DNA of 64,000 nt from the human T2T-CHM13v2.0 reference genome, Homo sapiens: assembly GCF_009914755.1 (NCBI RefSeq), contig NC_060940.1. One strand, written 5' to 3'. The position numbers and the translations under genes were made by a program. Of this stretch, positions 18,681 through 39,840 are shown piece after piece. The notes under the pieces were generated by a model. It made no database searches. It was not told where the DNA came from and worked only from the letters and a program-made list of their open reading frames with translations. Position 1 is the first letter of the stretch; each line of letters begins with the position of its first letter.

Positions 18681-18720
18681 GACTACAGAGTCCAGAAACA
18701 GACACCTCCTTGTACAGTGA

Positions 18721-19111
<391 letters not shown>

Positions 19112-19387
19112 AGAAGATTTATTCTTAATAGCTTCAAACTGGAAACAACCCCAATGTCCATTAATGGGAGAACGGACAAGCAAATTATGCTCTAGTCACA
19201 AAACAGAATACCATTTAGCAATAAAAAAGAACTAGTTCATGCCAACAACGTGGATGAATCTCAGAAAACAAGTTGTGAGCAAAAGAAGCCTTATAAAAAA
19301 GCACATACTATAAGTCATCACACTACATGATTCCATTACGTGAGGTCTGAGAACAGGCAAAGCAATTCATGGTTACAGAAATTAGCA

Positions 19388-19807
<420 letters not shown>

Positions 19808-19995
19808 TTACATGGGTAAAGGGTTTTGACAAATATAAGATCTGTGCATTTCATGCTATATAAATTACAACTCCAAAAATAATCAAAGTAAAATAATAAA
19901 AATATTTTAAAAATATAGGTAGGTCTTTAACTCCAAATCTTAATAGCTACCTTTAGTTGATAAAGCAACGAAGATAATGGTTTTTCGTACAAGAA

Positions 19996-21658
<1,663 letters not shown>

Positions 21659-22631
21659 AGTTACTCTTCAAGATGGTCCCCTGGGAGACATGTCAAATGA
21701 AAATCTTCATTGTTGTTATTATGCTAAACATTCATTCCGTTTGTGTTACAGAAAATAATCAGCCAAAAAGTTAACTGGAAATACTACTCCAACTTTGACT
21801 TTAAAAAAGATACATAATTATAGATAAAAGACTGGTAGAGAAAACATCAGGAGTATGTTTTCTTTAGCGCTAAGTATGACTGGATGATAGGCTTACAGGC
21901 AAGATTTTCTTTTCTAGACATTTCTGTGCTAATTTTGTATAACAAACATCAACTTTTTAAAAGTTGATATAGGATTTTGATCTGTTGCCCGGGCTGGTGT
22001 CAAATTCCTGGCCTAAAGCAATCCTCCCACCTCCGCCTCCCAAGTAGCTGGGATCACAAGAATGAGCCACCAAGCTCAACAGCTACTTTCACTACCAAAA
22101 AATGTTTTCGGAAAACATTAGAAAAGCAGTCTCATTATCACTTCAAATGTTGTGTGGCTATCTCAAATATTTTATGTGGCACAGCACCTCGCTAGTTCAC
22201 TACTCAATATTCTCTGGAAGGTTTTCAGTAAACCTATGCATATACTAAGAATGTTACATACACCATCTCATTTAATTGGCATGCGATTCTGTAAGATAGA
22301 GATTATTATCCATTTTTAATTGATAGAACAATTCTCAATGGCAGCTACTATTATCCTCATTTAAAAGCCAAAAAAACTAAAACCCAGAGAGATTAAATAA
22401 GTTTCCCATAGCTAATAATTAGTGAACCCTGGATGTGAACTGAGTCAGCTTATTCCAGAGCCCACGCCAGGCTTGAAAGCAATTAGCCACTACATCTGCA
22501 GAAGGCAGTCTGAGCTGCCGCTATTACTACTGCTGCTGCAGTAAGTACACTAACTACTATGTGCGTGTCAATCCATTTAATATACATATGCAATCTCATT
22601 AAATTAAAAAGTTTAAAAAAGAAATTCATAA

Positions 22632-22910
<279 letters not shown>

Positions 22911-23129
22911 GGGGAAAGAAAGAAAGAAAAAGGAAGGAAGGGAAGGGGAGGGGAGGGGGAGGGGGAGGGAAGGGAGGGAAGGAAAGGAAGGGAGGAAAGG
23001 GAAGGAAGGGAAGGAAGGAAGGAAAAGGAAAGGAATGGAAAAGAAAGAAAGGAAAGAAAGAAAGAGAAGGAAAGAGAGAGAGGAAGAGTGAGAGAAAGAA
23101 AGAGAAAAGAAAAGAAAAGAAAAAAGAAA
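22911..23129. repeat. Polypurine (GGAA/GAAA/GGGGA) low-complexity tract
   Basis: About 220 nt, almost purely A/G. Confidence 0.95.
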
Positions 23130-23503
23130 TTCATGATTAATTATCATGGGAAGGTAGGTACATCCTGAATCATACATTCTATAGGACACCTATGATCATC
23201 TCTCATTAGAGTCATAATAAGATCCCTGAGCCAGTCCTAGGCTACTTAACATGTCTACTAAACAGCTGTGCCCACAGGAATTATATACATCCCACATTAC
23301 CCTGTATTAATTCATGGCACTACATAGTTTCATTCTACAAACTATTTTTGTTGTGATCTTTTAAGAGGCCAAATTAAGATATGCTTAATATAAAATTCCC
23401 TTATTTCTTTGTGTTAAGAATCAGATGACTTCACGTGAAAAAGTGAAAAGCAACAGACAAATGTACAGTATTATTTCTCTTGCTATTAAATATTAGAAAT
23501 TCC

Positions 23504-24942
<1,439 letters not shown>

Positions 24943-24999
24943 TTAGCCAACTTGGTTCTATTAATTCTTTACTGACTATATTCTGCTAATCCATTCCTT

Positions 25000-25192
25000 T
25001 AGAGCACAGATTCTCAGAGTGTGGTCCCTGACCACCACAATTACGGTCACCGGTGAGCTGGTTAGAAATGTAAATTCTCAGGTCCCAACCAAAATCTGCT
25101 GAATCAGAAACTTGGTAAGTTGGAGGCAGAAATCTGTCTTGACAAGCCTGCAGTGACTCTGCTGAATATTCAAGTTTGGGAATCACTGCTTT
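25000..25192. mobile_element. MER5A-like DNA transposon
   Basis: TTCTCAGAGTGTGGTCCC...GTTAGAAATGTAAATTCTCAGG...AGTTTGGGAATCACTGCT. Confidence 0.75.
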
Positions 25193-25915
25193 ATAGTATC
25201 TGACCAAAATGATGGCTGACTGAGTACTGGGAGCTGATCTAATTTAAAACTTTTACTCCAGGAACACCTCCAGTCAAAAATCAACCCCGGGGTTTTCTGA
25301 CCACTTTCTAAAAAAGACGAATATTCCAAAAACTTTATTCAAAAAATAAGCCCTAATCTGACCCCCTATGAAGATGGATTACCATACAAACTATTTTGGT
25401 CACGTTTCAGATTTGTTAGTTAAAAGAAAGTACTTAAAAGATTTCTAAGGTCACAAAAACAAATTCTTATCAACCTTAAAATCAGAATGCCTCCGGACCC
25501 CTTGACCCGAAATTACACCTTCCTCTTTCTACCAGCTTCTGGCTTCCTTCTGTCATCTCTGTGTCAAGCAACATCTCTCAACACCCGTAGCCAGGAAAGA
25601 GAGTGTCTGTACGGCTTCTAAATCCTACCTAAATTGGTCTTTTTTGCTTTCTTTCTAGAGGACAAGTGTATGAGTTATTTTCAGTAGAAAACAAGAACAT
25701 GCTCCCCTCATAAGACGAAATGTTAAGTTTTGCTACTGTTGAAATAAAGAAATTGTTTTTTCTTTAAAAAACTCTTATCATGCCTTCTATCACAAAAGTA
25801 AACAAAAGAAAAAAATAGTAATATCATGTATTGTTAATATTGCCATGTTGTCAACAAGGGTCATGTTTTTCCTACTGTAAATATTTTCAGAGTCACATAA
25901 AATTAGAAATGAGAT

Positions 25916-26245
<330 letters not shown>

Positions 26246-26652
26246 TCACAAACATCAAAAATGACAAAGAACTGCACACATTTTTGCACAGCTTTAAGTT
26301 AACAAATTTTAAAGATTAGATGAAAATAATTTTCTACTAAAACAGAAACTGTAAAACTTACGAAAGAACAGGCTGCATTGCATTAGTGTTAACAGGCCTC
26401 TGGCCAGACCGTGTGGATGCAAGCCTGGTTCTGCCACTCACTGGCAGCCTCCACTTCTTAATCTGTAACATGTGACTTGCCTACCTCCTATCCTTTTTTT
26501 AAACAAAGATTAAAAGTTAAGTATCTTTTAGTTTTTCTCAAAATCAAAGCAAATTTAGACTTTACTAAATAAAAACGATACTGACCTAAGAGACTACTAA
26601 AAGCCTAAAAGAGCCAATATTTATAGAAAATAGCAATAAAGTTGTCAAAGAT

Positions 26653-26948
26653 TTTTTTTTTTTTTTTTGAGTCAGAATCTCACTCTGTTGGTATGCTTGA
26701 TTGTAGTGGTGTGATCATGGCTCACTGCAACTTTGCACTCCTGGGCTCAAGCAATCCACCTGCTTCAGCCTCCTGAGTAGCTGAGACCACAGACATGTGC
26801 CACCATGACCAGCTAATTCTTAAATTTTTTTTAAAGATAGGGTCTCCCTATGTTCACAGGCTGGTCTTGAACTCCTGGGCTCAAGCAATCCTCCCACCTC
26901 AGCCTCCTAAAGTGTTGGAATTACAGGTGTGAGCCACCACGCCCGGCA
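26653..26948 (-). mobile_element. AluJ
   Basis: Reverse Alu; TSD TTGTCAAAGAT. Confidence 0.88.
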
Positions 26949-27095
26949 CTATTGTCAAAGATCTTCAGTCACTTCCTAGGGAAAAAAAGGCTTCAGGCCC
27001 ACATCACTGTAAGGGTGAAGTCTCTCAATTCTTCATGTAATAGATAATTCCAAATCGATTTAAACTGTTTCACAGAATAAATATGAAAGACTTTC

Positions 27096-27477
<382 letters not shown>

Positions 27478-28337
27478 TCAATTTCATCACTGATAAATGA
27501 GAAACAAAATTCTAAATGAAGCACTAGCAATTAAAACTCAGCATTAACTTTTGATTTTACAATTACAGAGATGGTTCAATTTGATATTATAAAACCTACA
27601 CAGATAATCTGTCACATAAATAAATGGAAAGTGAAAAATCACAGGTTAATCAACATAGGTAGGTATCAAAAAGAAATTTGATAAAACCTAACATTTAGAT
27701 ATTATCATTTATTTTATGATGAACAGATTATGCCCCAATTTTAAAAGAAATATACTACTGACTACAAACCAAAGCTCACATTATTCTTAATAACAGAACA
27801 CTAAATACACTTCCATTTAAGTAGGATACGAGACAGGGATGCCTAAGAGCATAAACACTGGCAAAAAATATTGGCAAGGAGAAAATAAAAGTATCAATAA
27901 TGCAAAAGATGACTATCTCCTTGGAAAACTCAAGAGAATCTCCTGAAAACGTATTAGAATAATTAAGATAACCCCATAAAGCAGCCAGATTACCAGAGTA
28001 GCGTATACATAACATCTTTCCTATATTAAAATAGCCAGTTAGATAATGAAATATAACTCATCACCAACAGCAACAAAAACCACATAATACCTCCAGAAAT
28101 AAACTTAGTAAGAAAGATTTATTACACAGATAAAGAAAACCATACTATGCTTCCAAGCAACATAAGACCCCCAGAAAAGATAATTTATATGTATAAGAAG
28201 ACTCAGGAAGTCACAAAACTGTTAAAATGTCACATCCCTCCTAAAATGACTTATAAAGTTGTAGTGAATCTTATAAATCCAAAATCCCAAAGATTTTTTG
28301 TTTTTAAAATTTGAAAAAAAGTCCTAAATTTATCTAA

Positions 28338-28520
28338 CACAGTGGGGTTCTCAACCCTGGCTGCCATGAAAGTCATCTGAGGAACTACACACTATACGAA
28401 TGTTTCTACCATATCCCCCAGATTCTAACTCAATTGCTCTGTAGTGGGGTTCAGGCATCATATTTTTAAAAATTCTCCAGATAAATCTGATAAAGTGTAG
28501 ACAGAGTTGAGAACCACCTG
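28338..28520. mobile_element. MER5-like DNA transposon
   Basis: CAGTGGGGTTCTCAACCCTGGCTG...GTTGAGAACCAC termini. Confidence 0.7.
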
Positions 28521-28832
28521 TGTGAGAAATAACTAGTGAGGTCATATACTAAAAGTCATCACACAGCTAGGTTAATAGGTTTCTGGCACAGGAACAAGCA
28601 AAGGTCAATGGAACTAAAGAAAAAGAGTTCAGAAATTAGACCCAAATCCTATATGTTTGAAAAGAGAATAAAGTGTATACCAAAAACAGCATATCGTATC
28701 AGTGGGAGAAAAGATGGATTACCAATACTAAATAAATGGTACTAAGATGATTATAACAAGAAAAAATATATACTGCTGGATCTCTGTGTCTCACTCCTTA
28801 TGCCAAAATAAATTGAGTTAAAGATTCAAGGA

Positions 28833-29135
<303 letters not shown>

Positions 29136-31064
29136 GTCATGTAATAAGGAGAAAAATACAGGAAAATATTTCTTAATTTTTTAATAGGAAAAGCACTTCT
29201 AAAATGTGACATAAAACCTAAAAGCCATAAAGGAAATAAATGGATAAATGTGTTTCTATACAAACTGAAAACATATACTTGGTAAAAACATATTGTAAAC
29301 CTATGTGACCATATTCCTGGTGAAACAGACTATGGCAAATAACAAAGGGGAAAAACATGTTTTAAGAGACTTAAGAATATAAATTAATGAGAAAAAATGA
29401 CAAACAATTCAAGAGACAAATGGACAAAGATTATGAACAATCAGTAAAATACAACTGCCCATGACCTTATGAAAAGACACACTTAACAAAGAAGACAACT
29501 TGCTTAACAGAATGTCAAGTAAGTAAAAGGATGGTAATATTCAGTGTTGGTCAAGATTTGGACAGAGGCTCAATCACTCTTGATGAAGGTATAATTTGCA
29601 CAATATTTCTGAAGAGTATCTGAGATTATCTATGCTGATTTAAAATCTCAGTATCTTTTAATTCAGAAATTGCATGTCCAATAAATTATCTAGCAGATAT
29701 GGTCACTCAGCTGTACAAAGATATATGTACAATGTGTTCAAAGCAAAACTGTGAAAACAGCAAAATACTGGGAATAACCTAAATGCTCAGCCTACATGGC
29801 ACAAGTCCTTAAATTACGATATACCCAAATCAGGAATTCCTATTGTACCTATGAAGAATGACTGACAGCTACGCGGAGCATGGAAGAATTTCCAACTTGT
29901 ATTGTTAAGTGGTGGGTGGGGAGGGGAACATCTACACTCACAAGAAAACGCTGTGTAATGCTACTCTTTATGTCTGGGGAGATAGCACACACATACCCAC
30001 ACCCCTCTCTCTACGCCTCTATACGCATACATCATCACTGGCAGGACAGATAAGAAATAATAGTTGCCTTTGGTGAGAATTTGGGAGAACCAAAATTCAA
30101 GAATTAAGAATTAACTCTCTGGTTCTTACTCTTAAGAGTATTTTTATGGTTGTTTGTCGTTAAACCATGTGCATGTTTACTTTCTAAAAACAAACTTTAA
30201 ACAAGTCTGTGACCCATTAATTCTCCTTTTCAGAATCTAATCCATGACACATGTGTACAGGCATTGCTGCACTAGCAAAAAGTCAGAAACAATCCAAATG
30301 TTCATCCTCAGAGGATGAGATCAATAAATTATGATGTATCATATAATGGAATACTTTGCTATCAGTAAGAAAAAAAAATCTCTGTGCAGTGTCACAGAGG
30401 CCATCTAAGGTACACTGCCAAGTAAAACAGTAAGGTGCTTATGTAGTCTGGTTTCATTATGTATTTTAAATCTTTATCTGTAAGGAGGATGTTGCTCTTT
30501 TCCTACTATTTTAATTATTTCATAGGATATACTTCCTGTGTAATCGTTCTTAAAACAAAATTATCTTAAAAAAAGCGCCTTTTCCCTGTGCATCTTAAAA
30601 TCTAGTTGGCTCTGCTATCGTAAGGTTCTAGAGAGGGAATGGTTTAAAATGGACTTGTCTCTCCCTCTTACTTTCTGCCCACCACTACTTGGTCTTTCAT
30701 TCCACCCAAAGGCAACGACACATCTTTAAAAAAATGCACTCTATCCACCTCTAGTGGGCTGCTTTGAGATACCTATAGGAAACAAGAGACAACTGTCCCC
30801 AGCACGCTAACGAGGCTCACTTTCCAGTGACATCCACGAGTTGCTGTTGGAAAGAAAGACCACTCTGTATAAAGGAACCCCAGGATGGAATGAAAAGCCT
30901 GGGTGGACAGAGAAGCATGAAGTGTTACAGGTGTAATCAGCAAAGTCCAACTTCTGGAAGACACTCTCCAGGATAAATAGCAGACAACAACCAAAACATG
31001 TTTCTTCAGTAAATTGTAAGGATCCCACAGACCAACAGAGAACAGATTCTTAAGAGGCATATCA

Positions 31065-31413
<349 letters not shown>

Positions 31414-31569
31414 ATTACAACATATGAGACCACTGGAAACGTGACTATTCTGTGGATACTGGCTGACATGAAGTTACTGTTAAATCTGTTAACATGTGAT
31501 AATGGCTTTGTGTTTAGGTGTACAAAGTCTAACTTCTACATACATGTTATCAAAAGCTCTTGAAGTGCA

Positions 31570-31885
31570 GTCCAGGGTCCCAGACCTTTCAGGGGGACCA
31601 TGATGTCAAAACTATTTCCATAAAATCCTAAGATATGATTTGCCTTTTCCCTCTGATTCTCTCCCAAGAACACAGTAGATCTAGTTTTCTAGTTACTTTG
31701 TGATGTGTGATTCCACTGCACTGGACGGATGATGAAATGTGTTTCAATATTCTGTTTTACTATTTAATATAGTAAATATTGAGAGGTATACTGCACATGT
31801 TAAAGAAATCTCTTTGGGGTCCTCAGTAATTGTTAAGATTATTCAGGAGTCTTGAGATTAAAAAAAAGTTTGGGAATCATTGCTT
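31570..31885. mobile_element. Charlie-like hAT DNA transposon remnant
   Basis: GACCTTTCAGGGGGACCATGATGTCAAAACTATTT...AAGTTTGGGAATCATTGCT. Confidence 0.55.
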
Positions 31886-32543
31886 TATACTATTATGTCG
31901 ACTTCATATGATTTAAACTCTCCAGAATAGACAGAGTTTTAAAAGTAAGGAGTAGAGTGATGAATGAACTGGGAAAAGGAACAAGGATCAATCTCTCCAG
32001 GAACCATAAACCCATGAGAAATTCCTTCTCAATTGACACACTCATACAGACTCTTCTTAAAATGCCAGGTACAAGTAAAACTTAAGTTCACGTTCCTCTC
32101 TACTAACATTTCAAAAAAGACAAATGCAATTTAAACATTGAGCATTACTTCATCTTCATTTCTTAAGTTAAAAAAAAATCCTCTCGTTTCCGACATTCAC
32201 AGGGTTTTGGATCCGTCACCCAACGCTCTCATCAACCTTCTGGGGAAACTGTGTTCTACTCTTATTCTCCCTCACCCCTACTTGGGACTAAACAAATCCA
32301 AAGAACAGCCCAAACTGATTTTCTGTTCTGGGATGTGCTGAATTCCACTGCCTGAAGACGTGCCTGGTGGCTGCTGTTGAGAAGCCTCTGGCCGCAGAGC
32401 ATCCACAGTGTTTGTCACTTCAGTGGGAATAGGCTGCCCTTCCTTCTCTGTGCTCCTCCCTGTCAGTCCTGGGCTTTTCCAGCTGTCTCACATCTATCCA
32501 GGCATCTGCCTTCCCCCTTCTCCAAGTCCAGTTCCTACTCTAG

Positions 32544-32948
<405 letters not shown>

Positions 32949-33522
32949 TAAAGAAGTCTGCATTTCTAACAAGCTTCTAGGGGATGCTGCTGCTGCTGCT
33001 GGTCCAGGGGACCCCACTTGAAGAACCACTGCACTGGTGTTTCCTCTGGGACCCGAATGCCTGTGCTTCTCCCCGGCTCTGCCACCTCTTCCTTGTTAAC
33101 ATAGCAGGGAGTGAGCTGACAACCCTGGAACACAGCTTTCTCATTCAGTGAAATGGATACTGTGCCAACAGATACTTCACTGGATGGCCACAGAGGAGCA
33201 TACAGACCAGTGATCACCTCCTCAGTGGGCAGTACACAGGCAGAAAGCAACCTCTACCAGGTTCACGGACACATTAGGCCCTGTACTTTCCAACTGCCTG
33301 ACCTGCAAGCTGTCCTACTTCTTTAAGAATTCTCATTTTAAAGACAGAAATGGGGCAGAGATCTTTATCCTAGAAAGAAATCTGTCTCTTCCAAGCATGA
33401 GTGGCACGTGGAGAGCCCAAGAGGAAAAACAGGAGTGGGCCACGTGGTCCCATTTTACGCATTACTCGGAGGGAAAGCCCGCGGTTAGGTAGGAAGTATT
33501 GAAAGTGCTTCAGTTCACTTAC

Positions 33523-34235
33523 CTTGGCCATGCCTCCTGCCTGTGCGGTGTTCAGTCCCGCGTGACCAGTCATTTGCGGGGAAACCTGCGTTAGGGTCTC
33601 AGCCAGCACGCTGCTCGAGGCGCCCTGCATGGCTGGAGTAGGGTACGGCATTCCAGCTCCCCTTCCTCTGCCAGCAGCCCCAAGAGATCCATTCATGACT
33701 TGCGCCTGCCCTTGTGAAGCCTGATTAATTAAGCTATGGCCAGAGTTACTATTGAGGAGGCCTGGGTGGGTCTGGTTAAAGTTAGCATTCATGCAGATAC
33801 CAGGTCCAGTCTGTGACGTGGCAGGGCTGCTAGTCGCCAGCCCCACTTGCTTTTGTGCTTGCGGATTCAGTGCTTGGGAGGCAGCGGGGGTGGGCCCAGA
33901 GGTGCTGGCTGCCTGTTTAGGCAGGCTGGGGGCTGAAGAATCTCCCTGGCTCAGAGGGCTCTTGCCCATGGCACTGAGGCTGGCCATGTTAGCACTGTTC
34001 GGCTGCCCTTGAGCCTGGCCACCCAGGCCCTGCTGCACGGGGCTGCTGGCGCTCACATTTCCTATTCCTGGGTTGATACTAGAGCCGCTGCCTCCTCGTA
34101 GAAGCTCCGACAGTTGTTTATGTTTGGAAGCAGCATCTGGAACAAGGTTCCCACTGTTTAAAAGGCCTAATTCTCCTCCATTGGGTATCAGCTCATCAGG
34201 AAGATCATTTTCCAAGTCAAACAATGATCCAAAAT
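33523..34235 (-). CDS. CREBBP: CREBBP coding exon 2 (713 nt, residues 29-266; includes LSELL LxxLL nuclear-receptor motif, residues 70-74)
   Basis: Acceptor TTTCTGTTTAATTTCTAG|ATTTTGG at 34236/34235; donor GCCAAG|GTAAGT at 33523/33522. 85+713=798 nt = 266 codons: DFGSLFDLENDLPDELIPNGG...AQAGGMAK. Confidence 0.98.
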
Positions 34236-34359
34236 CTAGAAATTAAACAGAAATGGAAATGAGAAACTAAGCAACCTTTACAGCTCTCCAACTGCCACGT
34301 TTCTATGATCTTAACCTAATGGGGCATTCAGCACGAACACTAGCATGTCTTAAGAGTCA

Positions 34360-34550
<191 letters not shown>

Positions 34551-34797
34551 GAGTAATGTCAAAATGATTTACAAGTTTGTTTGGGAAAATAAAGAAAAAA
34601 TACCCTTCAAATTCTGAAGACAGAAAAGTTAAACAGAGATGAGAAGGACAGCCCTACTATATTTATCATATTCTAAAACAATAATTAAATAGTGTGGTGT
34701 TGAGGGCAAACTCAGATATACAAATTAAAAGAAAACAATGGGAAGACTCCAAATTCACTGAATTATAATTTTAAAATGCTTTTAAGAATGTATGTGT

Positions 34798-35693
<896 letters not shown>

Positions 35694-36269
35694 GATTACA
35701 TTATTTAAAAGTTAAAATACAAGAAGTAAACTAGCTTTAACGCAAAATGAAATCAGTGATTTCTTAAAAGTGTTGAAGCTGCAGCAAATGATAATAAAGA
35801 CATACACAGAAACTACAAAGAGTTAAAAATAAGAGCCTAAAAGTATTTGTAGTATATGAAAGGGGTAAATGTCAATCATACAGGAAGATGAGAAGCACAG
35901 TGACTCCCGACTATAAATGGACAAAAGACATAAGCAGGTCTTCACCCCAAAGGGAAATAAAACACTAAACAAAATAATCCGTCTTTCCTGATAAGGAAAC
36001 AAATGGGAACTAAAACAACCCTTTTTCTGGTCCCTTTCAAAGTAACTTTTCTCTGAAGCGTGGTCTACACATGTCATCTCTACCCTCTCATTTCCCACGC
36101 ACTCTAACCCACAACGGCCAGGCTATTCATGTATGTGCAAGGAAGAAGTATGTAGAAATATGTTCATCTTAGTATTATCTGTAGCATCCAAAAAAAAAAA
36201 AAAAGCACAAAAAATACCCAGAGGCAGTTTTTCCTAGTGGTTACAGACTCTATACTGGGGCTGCCCACA

Positions 36270-36495
36270 CTGGACACCAGCTCTGCCTCCAGCTCCCTAT
36301 TCATTAGTGATGTGACCTTGGTAGGTTACTCAGCCTTTCTTTGCCTCAGTTTCCTCATCTGGAAACTAGGGGTAACAATGGCCCCTACACCTCATAACGC
36401 TGTTGTGAGGACCAAATGAATAAGTAAGTGTAAAACACGACTGAGAACAAACAGTGCCTATGGGTGGTAAATGCTAAGTACTGTCTATTATTATT
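36270..36495 (+). mobile_element. MIR (similar MIR remnants near 2480-2610, 4290-4440, 22230-22470, 56830-56940, 58920-59060)
   Basis: MIR core TGTGACCTTGG...GCCTCAGTTTCCTCATCTG. Confidence 0.8.
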
Positions 36496-36551
36496 ACTGC
36501 TATCCATAACAGGAGGTTTAATAAGCGGCTGTATAATACTTTAAAACATCA

Positions 36552-37206
<655 letters not shown>

Positions 37207-37239
37207 GAAAAAGAAAAGAAAATTAAAACCTTTTTTCTG

Positions 37240-37770
37240 CATGGTGGCAGACCCTAATGTCTGCTCACCCAATACCCCTGGCCCCATGCTGCTGGCAACA
37301 CCCACATGATCTGAAGTGGCTGCCTGGGAGGTTCCTCTGAGGAACGTTCCCTGGCCACAGGAGGGAGAGTAACCAGATAAGCCCACCACCACGATCACGT
37401 TCCCCTTTGCAAGTGACACAATCTCAGCTAAGGGAATCTGAAGGTACACTGAACCAGGACCATTGTGGAAAAGGTGTTCCTTCCTCACAGCAATGGATGC
37501 TCAGAAAGAAATCTCCCTCCTCTTCTTCACCAGATCTCGTCATGGGCAGGTGACAATCACCCTGTAGCCAGGAGAGCAGACACCACTTGCATGCTAAGGA
37601 TGGCTGTAGCCAAAAACATAAACACCTGGGGTGGGGAGATCATCTCTGAACTGCTGAGTGATGCAACCCTAGTACTTCCCCACCTTCAAACTTCATGTTA
37701 TGTGAGAAAATACACTTACTATCACTTAAGCCATTTTAGCTGGAGTTTAACCTCACCCTAACCCTAACAG
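37240..37770 (+). mobile_element. MLT1-like (MaLR) LTR remnant
   Basis: CTAAGGATGGC...TTATGTGAGAAAATA...TTAAGCCATT motifs. Confidence 0.55.
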
Positions 37771-38478
37771 ACCCATCATGTCTATGGAAGAAGTTCAAAC
37801 ACCTTCTCATGGCACGTGAGGCTATCTTCTTGGCCTTCCTTTACAGGACAACACCAGATGCCCCCTACTTTCCAGCCACAACACTGAGAGCTGGCACAGG
37901 CATTGGGAATCTTTCTTCTTGAATCTCTCATTCTAAAACTCACCTCAGTTCCCACTCAGATTAAACACAGCAACTATGAAGACTTTCTTTGGGCTGCCCC
38001 TGCAGAACAGACCAGTCCCTCTTGTCAGTCTAGAAAACCACGTCTAACACACACTTGTTATCTTCCCACCTGTCTGTAAGGAATGAGATGTGATTTAGGA
38101 GTGTGTACATGCATGTAACAGTTTTTGAAGAAAAACCGAGACTGAGAGTAAGTTGCAGACGAAATAACACTGTTCTCCTAAGTACTTCAGTACGTATCTC
38201 CTAACAACATCCTCTTACATAATCACAGTATGCATGTGCAACTCAGGAAATGTAACACTGATACAATACTGAATATACTGCCCTTACTCAAATTTTGCTG
38301 GTTGTCCCAATAATGATCTTTATCACACATCTGTCTCTTCAAAATGACATGTCCTATAGCCATGAGATTACAAGATCCAAGATCTAATTCAGGATCATGG
38401 TGCATTTAATTGTCATGTCTTTGTCACCTTGTTTAATCGAAAAAGGATCAAAGGTTCCCTGGCCTTTGTCTTTCGTAA

Positions 38479-38821
<343 letters not shown>

Positions 38822-39179
38822 TTATTGTAGAAGGTCCTTCAATTTGGGGTACCTCCTCATGGTTACAGGGCATGTCATTTTGAAGAGAAAGGAATCTGAT
38901 CCCGGATACAGCAGACAGTTCCATGAGGGCACAGGGCCTGTACCTGGTGAAATAGGTCTCAACATGCTTCTGAGGGTTCCAATCCATAGTTTTTACGCTA
39001 TTTTGCTATCCTAAATTTGGAGATTCACTGAGGTGTCCAGACACAAACTGTACAATATTTATTAAATATGTATTAAAAAGTCCTCTCTATCATAACTACT
39101 GTTTTGTTTGTTGCCCTCCAGGCTTTGTCCACCTGCACACACAAATTTACTCGGTACTCCTTAATAAATATTTTTGTCC

Positions 39180-39322
39180 AACCCAAATGATAAACGTTTG
39201 AGGTGGTAGATATCCTAATTACTATGATTTGCTCATTATGCATTGCATGCATGTTACAAAATATTCTGTAACCCCTTAATATATACAATCACATGTCAAC
39301 TACAAATAAAAGGAAAAAAGAA
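39180..39322 (+). mobile_element. L1MA-like extreme 3' end
   Basis: GATAAACGTTTGAGGTGGTAGATATCCTAATTAC...AAATAAAA. Confidence 0.65.
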
Positions 39323-39347
39323 AATATGTACCCCCCCAAATAACAAC

Positions 39348-39840
39348 ATTTTATTTTTTATTTTATGTTTTAGAGATAGGGTCTTGCTCTGTCACCTCTG
39401 TGCAATGGCACAATCACAGCTCACTGTATCCTCAAACTCCTGGACTCAACCAATTCTCCCGCTTCAGCCCCCTATAGCTGGGACCACAGGTGTGCCCCAC
39501 CACAAACAGCTCATTTTTTATTTTATTTTTAATTAATGAATTAATTAAATAATTATTTTGACAGGGTCTTGCTCCGGCACCCAGGCTGGAGTGCAGTGAA
39601 GTTGCAGGCTCAATGCAGCTTCCGCCCTGCACCAAAACACCCACCTGATTTTTGTACTGTTTTGGAGAGACAGGGTTTCGCCATGTTTCCCAGGCTTGCC
39701 AGCTAATTAAAAAAATTTTTTTTTGTAGAGATGGGGTCTTGCTATGTTGCCCAGGCTGGTCTCAAACTCCTGGCCTCAAGAAATACTCCTACTTCAGTCT
39801 CCCAAAGCACTGGGATTACAGGCATGAGCCACTGCAGCCC
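39348..39840 (-). mobile_element. Composite AluJ with a nested Alu fragment
   Basis: Reverse Alu arms separated by a deleted Alu piece. Confidence 0.8.

Noticed and set aside
33370-33522. Exon 2 ORF continues 50 codons into intron 2 (VSELKHF...QISF*)
   Set aside because: A strong donor AAG|GTAAGT is present and I saw no nearby poly(A) signal on the gene strand; treated as incidental read-through.
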